Positions 1 to 11,400 of a DNA stretch of 64,000 nt are shown piece by piece; positions within the stretch are counted from its first letter, which is position 1; every line of letters begins with the position of its first letter. The DNA is from Mytilus edulis (taxonomy: Eukaryota): positions 37,882,001 to 37,946,000 of the forward strand of contig NC_092347.1 in the NCBI RefSeq assembly GCF_963676685.1, read 5' to 3'. The notes beneath the pieces were generated by a model. That model was not told where the DNA came from, did no database searches, and worked only from the letters and a program-made list of their open reading frames with translations. A program made the position numbers and the translations under genes.

Positions 1-1933
1 GTGCCATTTCCTGAGAATATTCTTGGCTGTATGTAGTTTCATCGAGTTACCATACAATGAATTGCAATAAAGACGAAGGCATTGACTGGATTGAAGAAGA
101 AAGAGGCAATTCTTCCGAAGTTGGGTATACTTCTGTAGTTTGTAGAAATGTTTTTCTATTGTATGCTTGCAGCGAAATGAAATATCTGTCCGTTATTTGT
201 GTCTATCACATTTGACATTAAGATTTTGAGGTCAGTTTTCAATTGACTAGCAGCTGATATGGCATCTCAAATAGTTATTTTGTTACAAAATATTGTTATA
301 TTTGCCTTGAACTTGTTGAAGTTGTGTGACAACTGAATTTCTATAGAAATCAATGAGTTTAGACTGCATTTTACAAGTACAATATATTAAATTAGAATCA
401 GCTGGAAGAAAAGATCTTTATTTATATATTAACGGCGTCATGAGAAATGACCATTAAATCGTTGTCAATAGCCAATTTGTTTTTAGTAAAAACAGTATCG
501 TGATCTGAGATATCTGCTTCCACGGGTTTGGATTTTTTTTCGTTTTTAGCAAATAATTTGTAATGCAACCAAAATGACAGTGCTTGAAGTTTAAAAGATG
601 GACGGGAAACTATTTCAACTTTAACTTTATCTGACACGGTTAAAACATTCTTAATACTCTAATCTGATTCAAACTTGAGTAGTTTTTGATCTTTCTAAAA
701 TGTTTTGTTGCAACAAAATATACAAGCGCTCCAATTGAACGACTGCATTCTAGAACGCGTAGACATACCCGAAACTGAGGAACAACAATCCGATAATTGT
801 ATGTCGTCATTAAATATCAAATTAGAAGCTTCCTCCCTCTAAAATGGGGAATAACTATGTTTACTTGTGTAACTTTTGTAGCATGAACGATGATAAACTG
901 CCTGCACGGACTTCGGCAAATTAACAGCTATCGCATGAAACATCTTGATGTTCACCTCATCTAATCTTTTATTCAATGCAGATACAAACATCGACTTCCC
1001 TATACTGGTAAATTGACTCAAAATTTCAGTCGAGGTATTTTTCTTTTCTTTGAATATTAAGCACTGCATAAAATTTAACAACTTTTGTCTCTGCTTTGGA
1101 CTTAATGGAGCAAGTTGCAACGGACTTGACATATCACGGAATATTTGCTGAAACTATCCGTCAATTTTTTTGATTTTACAATAAGACTTCTCTGACAAGT
1201 ATATTTGATTTTTTATAACAAAAAACATAGAATATAAACACATACAAACAAAGTATGTAGCGTATATCAGTGCACTTCAATCAAAAATATGTGTATATAA
1301 AAGAGAAAAGGTAGATATATCATAAATCAGTTGAGAGCAAATTATTGACTAATACACAAAATGTGACGGAAGGCAAGTGATTAAGTTCCGTGTTGAAATT
1401 GAAGTTTTTTATTCCATTCTTTTTCCATCGATTTCTTAAGGGTTTTTTTCATATTTTGGTTCCGAAATTTTTATCACTGATTAGTTTTATGAAATACTAC
1501 ATGCTTAAAATATTTTGGGATAATTTTTATTTCTTCTATGGAGAAGAAACTAAAGTTTGTGTCTGAATTTGCAATTAAAATTACCTCAATTTTAAACAGC
1601 CCAAACTTTGCAAATTTTATAGATTATAAGAAAATGAAATACTGAATAGAATATTTTGATATATAAAAATATTTTCAGGAAAAAATATTTCAGTTAAATG
1701 TAAGCAAACATACACAATTTTTCATTTTGAAAAAGGGGGGTTGAAACTCTCCCATATACAACTAGTCATTAAAACGACTTTTAGAAAAATGTGACCGTAC
1801 GAAAGTCGGACGACAGGGCAAAATCTAAAGAAGACATATTTGTCTTTAAGTTAAGACCAGTTTTAGCCGTGTGTTATTTGGGGAGATTAAACTCGCGATC
1901 TAGACGACTTTTTACACTTCTGTCACCGCACTA
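1..1933 (-). mobile_element. Decayed Academ-like DNA transposon, 5' part (runs off the left edge)
   Basis: Minus-strand fragments 839-1132 (AVYHRSCYKSYT) and 422-637, plus broken frames (FNWSACIFCC, PSSLLQFIVW), resemble the N-terminal YHxxC/CxxC region of Academ transposases. A putative terminus reads TAGTGCGGTGACAG on the minus strand from 1933 (Academ ends are 5'-TAG). Many stops; the other TIR is not in the window. Confidence 0.5.
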
Positions 1934-4610
1934 TTAGCATATTTGCATTCTGCAAAGGTGTAATGGTGGCTAGTTAAAAAAAAAATTTAAAAAATGTAGG
2001 ATACAGAATTTTATAAGCATGACATGTATAACCTGCATAGAAAGACACACAATTATAATATGTGATAGCATTTTTTTTCTATTTGTGAACTAGGAATTAA
2101 GGAGCAGATCCAGTGTTCTTGGAAATGAGGAAAGGGAGGAAGATGTAAATGTCCGTAATATTAAAACTATCACCGAGCGTATGGAGGTCATTTTTACAAT
2201 TATCTTATCACTACAAAAACATATTAAAATGGCGTTCTCCATGAAAGCGTCCGCCTGAACTATTCACCACGCAGCAGTCCATTTGGGGCTGTTCATTCAA
2301 CAATATTTAAGTCTGTTTGCTCTCAAAAAATTTGTATTGCCACTTTTTCGTCTCAATCATTCCAATCCAAAATACGTGTCTTAATCCGATATTGTACATT
2401 TCTGAAATGCAAACATTATTAAAAGTTCATGAACTACGTAGTCTTTTTTTATCAGTTAGTCTGTTCGATGGAATCTTATCGTTGCAAACGAAACGCCCAT
2501 TGAAAAAGTAGGTTTGCTCTGACAAACATTTACTGATTAAGGTTCTCAGTATTTGTTTATTTTAAAAGTTATTCTTATGCATCAAAATTTGAAAAAATAA
2601 CAATGTATTTCGCGACTATAATCTCAGCTTCATTCTTACATAAACTTTGTGTGTTTTTTATGTCCATTAATAATCTTATAAGCATGAAATATTTCACGTT
2701 TTTAACTAAGATATTTACTTTATTTATAGATTTGATTCCTTTTTTCTTTTGTATTTTACTGACCGCTTCCATCCTCGCTTTATTTCATTCAACTACAAAA
2801 ATCGCTTGGAAACAATGTGTAAATTTCTCTGATGTAAATGTATAGCCACTAATGAAAACATAGAATTGTAAAAAAAAACCCAGCTGAGTCCTATTTCTGA
2901 TCTGGGAATGTGCTTTGTTAAAAAATGTTGTTGTTTTTGTTTAAAAAATGTGTTTTAAACTGCACAACTATTCTAATAAACTTTAACATCTTAAATGAAA
3001 TTATTTAAAAACAAATCTCCCTTGAAAATTTTGGTTGTCTTCAAATTTCATTGTTATTCTTCTAAATAACATCCGTTATTTTAAGGCACAAGCAGATTTT
3101 TATACTTTTTATACTTTGTATGTGCTGTTAAAAGAAAGACAATTCGTATAAACTACAGAACTAATTCAAACTATCCTAGCATGAAAAGAGTTATTGGAAA
3201 ACATATATTTGGGATACTTGTATTATTTGTATATGTGGTATGGTAAATCCAGAAAAGCGCTTTAGACACATCAAATCTATGGTGTGTTATTCTCAGTTTG
3301 AAAGCAACTTAACATATTTACAAAAAAAAACAAAGCTGTAATCAAGATATCATTTAACCTTGACAAGTTTATAAAAGGAATTCGGAATTCTTCTTTCTAA
3401 ATTTAGATTTCTTATTCATATATATATATATATAGCTGGTCGGCAAACACGTCATTTAAAGAACGAATTGAATGTAACAGTCCGTTTTTTTTCAAATTCA
3501 GTAAGTTGATTAATTATATTTTTATTTTAAAAGTTACTTTCTGATTTTTACTATTTTATTTGCATTTTTATATAACATGCACTTTAATTGCATTATTACT
3601 AACTAGGATAAAAACTGAGAACAGAAAGAGACGTAACATGATTATTTCTGAGCAATTGCTTAAAATGGATATAAAAGATAATGTATAGTTACAACCAATT
3701 CTATTGCATACTGTCCCGTGTAATTTTAGTAGAATTGTACGTAATTCAACTTTGTTTTAAATTTTATAATTGCATGCACATTGGTTTCAGTGAAAGGAAC
3801 AATTGATTTTATAATACATATTTGAATTGATAATGAGACATATTTTAGGTTGTATATATACTTTAATAAGAGTTAAGTAAAATTTGTCGGTCTGATTTGA
3901 TAATAAAATATCCATTTCCTTCTTATTTGATTTCGGTGTTTACCTGTTGTTAACAAACACTTTTTGTAGAATGTTGACAACGATTGTATTCGAAATAGGT
4001 TGAAGGCGGTTTTCTCAATAAAAGATTTTGGCAAAGAATCAAATGAACTAAAACATATATTGAACATATATCACTACCTTTTATAAATGTTGAAAAAGCA
4101 AACAAAGAGGGAATGACATGTATAAATAATTACTTTTGTAATTTATTTAAACATTTATTTTGCAGCATATACAAGTAATATATATTTTTTACGCTTAAAA
4201 AAACACAGAACACAAACATGTGTATAAAAAGGTTTTGTTTAAATACGTGACTGGGGTTAGTACAACTAAAAGACTAATTCGATTTTTTTCCCTGACATCT
4301 TTCAAATAGTTATGCCGTCTTGAAAGAATATGTTTACTGTGACGCTAAACTACGAAGGAAGGAGTCAGACAAAAAAAATACCCAGAAAGGCATCACAGAA
4401 AAAAAATACTTAGAAGTCATGACAGAAAATAATAAAAATAGCCTATTAAGACGTCATAATTATTTGGATTAGACTGGAGCTAATCATTTCATTATTTGGT
4501 TGCCGTTACATCAATTGAAAACATGGCGTAATCAGATGATTTAACAAGCGTCAATTAAAAGTCAGTATCTGTACGAGTTAAACATCTGTATTGCAAATTT
4601 CATTCTTAAA

Positions 4611-7600
4611 AGAGGGACGAACGATACCAGAGAGACAGTCAAACTCATAAATCGAAATTAAACTGACAACGCCATGTCTAAAAATGAAAAAAAACAAGAC
4701 AAACTATAGTTCACATGACACAACATAGAAAACTAAAGAATAAGCAACACGAACCCCACAAAAAACTAGGGGTGATCTCAGGTGCTCCGGAAGGGTAAGC
4801 AGATTCTGCTCCACATGTGGCACCCGTCGTGTTGCTTATGTGATAACAAATCCGGTAAATAGTCTAATTCGGTAGGTCACATTCATGAAAAGGAAGGGGA
4901 TTGTAGTTACGACGTCAGGGACATATCCGATATTATTTGTGAAACGGTTATTCTATAACGGTCAACCAACTCGTGATGGCGTCCGTAAAATTTACGAAGG
5001 GATGATTTGAACTTTGAACTTCACCATTTGGAACTCTTGGTTTAATAGTTTTCTTGTGAGCAGCAACCCTCTATCAAGAAAATCATGATAGTAAATGCAA
5101 GCACGGGAATATCGTATCAATTGGGAGATATATACCCCGTATGCAGGTGCTGCTGGAATGTTGCTACTTAGAAATGGAAAGTTCACAATTGGAAAGCTGA
5201 AATCATCTCTTTTGTCGTAAAGTTTTGTTTTCAACCGACCCTCATTGTCAATTTCTAAATGTAAGTCAAGATATGAGGCTGACTTAACTGTATCTGTAGT
5301 AGTATCCTTTATCTCTTGTTCGATGGGATAGATGCGTTCAACATAGTCACCAAATTTTGTGAATTATTTAGTGAAAGAACATCATCTATATAGCGGAAAG
5401 TAGAGTTAAAGGATATTGCTAACTTCTTGTCCTTCTTGTCTTTCTTCCTAAGAAGTTCCTTTATGAAGTCAGCCTCAGAAACAAGTCGGCAAGAAGAGGG
5501 TCAATTTGTACCCATTGGAATACCGACAGTCTGTTGAAAAACACGCCCTCCGAACGTAACAAATATGTTGTCAATTATCTTGATAATGTCAGTTTCAGAG
5601 AATTTTTTGTTTGAATCAGAGTGATCCTTTACAAAGTAGGATTTATCCCTCCCTAAGACAAGATACTTGTATCTACGTTGGCCATTCTTTTTAATGGAAC
5701 AAAGCAATACCAACTCTTTCAATTTGTCTTTTAGTTTGGAATGTGGAATACTTGTGTAAAGTGTAGAAAAGTCAAATGTTTAATACTATTACACGATGAA
5801 AGAGAGTTAGATTGTATGTACTCTAAAAGATCTTTGAAATTTTTAAGTATCCACATCTGATTCACGCCACCTCTAGAATAGGCAGTTTCACAATAACTTT
5901 AAAGCCCGTCTTTGATTGCTGATAAAATAGATGTTAATAATTTAGAAAGAGGTTTTGTGGAGCACTTGGAAGACCCAGCAATATACCGTTGTTTGTAAGG
6001 ACACTTATGTAGTTAATGTATCTGTTACAGGCATTTTCTGAATTTAGGCATTTTGTTAAATGCCTGAAAATTTTAGGCATTCTCTAAAATGCCTGCAAGA
6101 TTCAGTCATTATACATAATGACTAATTTTTCTAGGCATTTTACAAAATGCCTGGAAAAATTGAAAGGCATTTTACAAAATGCCTGAAATTATTCTAAAAA
6201 ATGAAATATTAAAAATAAAAACAATTGAAAGCATTGAATAACAGAACAGTTTTATTTATGATAGTTATTACTGAATCAAAAAAGAAGAGTTTAAATAATC
6301 AAGAATAAATTTTACTAAATATTCCAAAAAACTCTACAATTATTTATCATTTCTCAAAATGTTTGTATTACAGAACTGTTACACAATATTTGTCCTGAAC
6401 TTTTGTAAATACATAATTGTTTGGCATTAAATCTGGTTTTAGCACTTCAACCATATTTGGAGAAACCGGAATCATCACACATTTAGCTCTTTCATTACCC
6501 TTATTGACAAAACACTTAACGTTCGACAGCATTGTATTTCACAATAAGCAATTGTCAATTGACCCCTTAAGGAGTTATTGCCCTTAACAGTCAATTTTAA
6601 ACATTTTTGTTTTTAATTTTTGTAATCTTTTACACAAATTAATTTAAACCTAGCCACAATTTGCAATAGGCTATCCTGATTGAAAAATGTATCCGATGAC
6701 ACTGCCAACCATATCTTTGCATCACACCAAAACACAGCCTTGTATGGCAAAACCCATACTTTAGAGGGGATTTTTTTTTCGATGTGGGTGTATAAAATTA
6801 AAATTCTCATTATTTTTAAATTGGAATATTAAATATTGTCATATGTAAGTGAAATGCAATACTAAATTTCTTCACGTTAATAACTCTACATTTTTTTTTT
6901 ATGTTCTGCAGTTGCAATTTTCTGTCCCTATCCAAAATACCTTCATTTCAATTGCAAGCGGCAGTTGAAATGTCTGTCCTATATCAGGATCAATCCTCTC
7001 CAGAAATAACCCAAATGAATTATAACCAAATTGTTCACGTCTAAAAAAAATTACATATTTGCGACTGGAAGCAAACAAAAACCATGTCAATTAAAAAAAA
7101 ATCTTTTTCTCTGCTTCTTATGTTTTATTTTAATTTACTGTTTTGAATCCAGAATTTCTAAAAAATTTATTGTAAATTTTGTTGTATTGACAGAACAACT
7201 TGTCCTGCCATTTTGACAAAATAATCAAATTCATTGAGTATGTACTTTATGTAGTTTCACTAAAAAGTACACATCATATGACATACAAACCTTCCCAGCT
7301 GGTTTTCGGAAAATAAATTAATTCTACCGAACCATTAGATATTTTCTTTGCAGTATATTTTGTTTTTGTCCACTTTTGTCAATGATAGCCTTCTTCTACA
7401 AATTGCCTGAAACTGAACAGCCAATTTGTTGAACTTGGCTTCCAAATTTCAGTCAATTTACAAAATGACCAGCTATTTTTAGTCATTTTGTATAATGCCT
7501 GTCAAGTTTAGGCATTTTATAAATTGCCTGAAAATTCAGTCATTTTACAAAATGCCTGAATTTAGAAAATGCCTGTAACATATCCAATACAGTGATGGAA

Positions 7601-7790
7601 GATTCAGTTCTTCATCATTGGTTGAAATTCCAAAGGAACATAGAACAGACCTATGATTATCCAGGATTTCCTCTTTGGTAAGTGTCGTGAGGGTATATGT
7701 TGAGTTTCCAATTGAATTGTCAATACCTAATTCGTTTATCAAGCAATTAATGTAATGAGTTTTACACACAAAAACGATGTTGTTTGGGGT
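4611..7790 (-). mobile_element. Penelope-like retroelement (probably Naiad-type, RT at C-terminus), 5'-truncated and decayed, interrupted at 6023-7580
   Basis: Minus-strand RT motifs: LPSLYWI..LHKCPYKQRYIAGS (split by the insertion), FQQTVGIPMGTN (5501-5722), FRYIDDV (about 5378-5399), KTKLYDKRDDFSFPIVNFPFLSSNIP..YGVYISQLIRY (4992-5234). No GIY-YIG seen after the RT thumb. Frameshifted. Confidence 0.8.
6023..7580. mobile_element. Non-autonomous TIR DNA transposon, Ginger-like (TGT...ACA termini, 4-bp TSD)
   Basis: Left end TGTTACAGGCATTTTCTGAATTTAGGCATTTTG matches the reverse complement of the right end CAAAATGCCTGAATTTAGAAAATGCCTGTAACA. TATC flanks both sides (6019-6022, 7581-7584). Excision rejoins the Penelope RT motif. 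Confidence 0.75.
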
Positions 7791-8260
7791 TGATCTGCTT
7801 GTTCAAAAAGTCATGTGCCAAGTCAGGAAAATGCCCATTGTTATTTTATAGTGTGTGTGTTACATTTTAATATTGTGTTTCTGTTGTGTCGTAGTTCTCC
7901 TATAATTATATATAATGTATTTCCCCCAGTTTTAGTTTGTAACACGGATTTGATTTTCTCTCAATCAATTTATGAATTTCGAAAAGCGACATACTGCTGT
8001 TACCTTTTGTTTATACAGTAAAATAGCTTAGTCAAGTATTTGCAAATGTATATGAATTATTAAATCGTTAGTATTACACTTTTATATATCAAGTGGTAAA
8101 AATAGCAACAAGAAAACTAAAATGAAGGTGTTTTTGCAATTTTAGATGTTAATGTTAACGTTCAACGTTAGTTTACTTACAATATCCATAGCATTTTAAT
8201 ACTAGATATATATGGAAACAACATATACTTATACACATTTGTACATTTTTAGGTAGGAGA

Positions 8261-8468
8261 ATGGATAAATCTCAACAGAATTATTTACGGATAGTGGCAG
8301 TTGTTTACGGGCCAGGACTACATGCAGTTCGAAGTTACTTTGACCGGTGCTTTCCACCAAATTTGCTAAACACCCAACTTTCAAGCGTGTTAAGAAAAAG
8401 ACTAGAGACGCTGAAACAGAAAAAAGTGATGAGTAACGCTCAATGGGATACCTTATTTCCTGCAAATG
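8261..8468 (+). CDS. Coding exon 1 of HEPN-STAND-ANK gene (HEPN N-terminal half)
   Basis: Acceptor TTTTTAG ends at 8252, ATG at 8261, MDKSQQNYLRIV...QWDTLFPAN, donor G|GTATGT after 8468 (phase 1). Confidence 0.8.
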
Positions 8469-11400
8469 GTATGTTTGAGTTTTTTTAATTTTTTTAAAAG
8501 AACTTTTTGAATTTTGGGTTTTCAATGCTTTCAAACATCGTAGTTGATTTGGCTTTAAAATAATTTTTATTTAACTCTGTCTTATATAGACGAAAGGCGC
8601 ATCTTACTGACGTATCCTGTGTTTTCGTATTTTTTATGTTTTGGCCATAAGTGTTGTCTGATTTTATTAGCATAACGTTGTATTCTCCCTTAACATCTTT
8701 TTAACTACAGTGTTTTTTGTTTTGTTGAATTCGTGGTATGGAACATTTAAATAATGTCAATTAAGACATGCACCTATCAAAATGTTATCTTGCCAAATTT
8801 AAAAAAAAAACTTTCCATCAGAGCTAAACTGTAACTATTAGATATATTGATAATTGCACTAAATAGTGGAGAATAATAAGCTTCCCTTCAAATAATTAAT
8901 CGTCTCTTCATTTTACAGGTATTGTATCTTCGTGCATGTTTGATGTTGCGATAATGACACTCTTACTGCGACATTTTCATATAAAAACAGAACCCAGCAG
9001 CGGATACGATGTGCTTCCACCTGATTTTGATCAAACACCTGCTGCCGATTTGGCGAGAATTAAGTTCTATAGAAACTTAATAGCTCACTCAAAAGACGGA
9101 ACAATTGATGAAGAATGTTATACGGAGGCGTGGAGACATTTATACAGTGTGAGTGAGGTTTTTTTCCATTATTGTAGTATACGGTGTTATTATTTACCAA
9201 ACAAATATGTCACATGCATGATCAATGATTAAGAATTATAATGCCTAAATATAAAGATTCTTTCTAGTCTGCAAAAGATTGATATCGTATCATTTAACGT
9301 TTAGAAATTCTAGTCTAACATGGTTTAGCATTACCTCAAAGTTATTGTGGAGTTTAAGCTTTCTCCGTAGTGTTACGTAGGCTACTATGCCTTTTCGTCG
9401 TCTTTCTTGTTTCGTCATTACTTTGCCAGTTTCTCTGTGACTGATGAGATTTTGAAGTCCCCTTTATTTTCGCGGCCTTGTGTTTTAGAATGTGTAAATT
9501 ATGCCTTTTTTCAATTAACAGGTAGTAGACAGATTAGGCGACGCTCATTTAAAACAAGAATGTGAACTATTAGGACGAGTAGATTTGAACATGGCATACA
9601 AGGCCCTGTGCGAAGAACTTTCAAGAAATATAGCAACACTAAGAGAACATGCATCTGCACTAGAATCTAGTCAAGACCAGCTGACCAGTGATTTGATAAA
9701 ACAGGAAATGATTTCAAGAATAAATGAGAATATTATTAAACAGTTAATAGAAGATATCCAAAGTAAAAATAAGGAAGCGGTGTGCATTTTGGAAACACGT
9801 ATGAACAATCTCAAAATACAACTAGATGGCATGTTAGACTGTCTCAATACACCGCAAAGTACTATTCCACGTAATATGAAAGGTAGATTGTGTTCTTTTA
9901 TAATTCATCTTACTTGACTATACAACAAGCTTAGTTTATGAAATTTGTACCTACAATCCATTGTTAAATGGCATGTACAAAATGTACCGCGTAACCCAAA
10001 TGCAGGTCAAACAGGGATTTGTGTACACAGGTGGTTGTAGCATCCCCGTATCAATTATTATAAATTGATCGAGAATTGTTTTGATTAGTTTCGTCTAAAT
10101 CCTATTCTAGTAATTGCATTTTTTGAACAGAGATCTGAATTAAATATACTAATAGGTAAATATTATCTGACTCGCAAGCTATTTGGCAGAAAACTGTTGT
10201 TTTCTTCGTATTAAATATAAACTTGACCAATGTACAACGTAGGTTTTACAGTAACGAATTGAATTTGTATGAACTATTTTCGACAATCGACTACGCAGGC
10301 GACAGTTAACTTATTAGCAGGGATAATAGACTACTGTAATCACTGGCCAGTCAACACTGATGTTGTCAGTTCGAACCCAGCTCGTGCAGTTGCACTCGAC
10401 TCCAATCTTACTTTATTAGGATCGTCAGTTTTCTTATCGAAGGTCGGTGATTTTCTCCTGGCACTTCGGGGCTTCCTCAACCAATAAAAACTAGCCGTCA
10501 CGAAATAGCCAAAAAGCGGTGCTAAAAAGTTGTGTTAAAACACAACAAATCAAAATCAGGTAAGGGAGGGGGTACCTTCAATAAAGCCATGAAAAGAAAA
10601 AAAAAGAAAAAAATAATAATAATAAAAGTAATCACATAATAATAACACAATATCAAAATCAATTTTCAAACAAAACAATATCATACAGAAACTCGATCTA
10701 TAATAGAATGCAATCGATAAAATACGTGACTGTATACTATCATTAAAAAACAAGCTTTATTCAATTCCTTACAGCAGAATGTTGTTATTATGATAGTATA
10801 CTACATCATAAAAAATCTAAGTTCTAAAAGTGGAATGTAAACGTAGATTTATTGTTTGTAAGATGTCCAGGATAGTGTATATTTCGTGGAGAAAAACAAT
10901 CGTTGCATAGTTGTGCGTAATGATACGATAACGGTAATTTCAACCTCGTGCTATGGAAAATACAATTGTTTTGAATATTTATAATTCACTTTATTTCAGC
11001 AAAAATAGTGCGTCAGATAAAAACATGGATTGATGACGAGAAGAAGTATGTTATTATCGATGCTGCAATGGATGCGCTAGATCTACTTAAGAAACATCCT
11101 TTTTTGACAGTTGCTGGAAACGCAGGTTGTGGAAAAACTGCTCTCATAAGACATTTAGCCCTACATTTTATGTCGCAAGGCTATGAAATAGTTCCAGTTA
11201 TAGAGCCAAAAACCATTGTAGAATACCATGATGAAACACGAAAACAAGTGTTTGTTTTGGATGATGTTTGTGGGGTTCATACAGTAGATCAACAGAAACG
11301 CGGGGCTTGGTTAGACTATGGACAGGTTATCCAAGATTGTGTGTTGCAATCTGGTGCTTTACTGCTAGTGTCAGTTAGGCTTTCTATATTGAATAGCGAG

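Noticed and set aside
3430-3506. Candidate non-coding first exon of the HEPN-STAND gene (CA|GTAAGT)
   Set aside because: A donor-like hexamer alone is insufficient in AT-rich DNA.
2317-4067. Short ORFs of 64-80 aa
   Set aside because: AT-rich, F/I/K/L-biased chance frames without motifs or splice support.
10340-10400. Possible tRNA gene (GTTCGAACCC)
   Set aside because: No complete cloverleaf and followed by a SINE core and tail.
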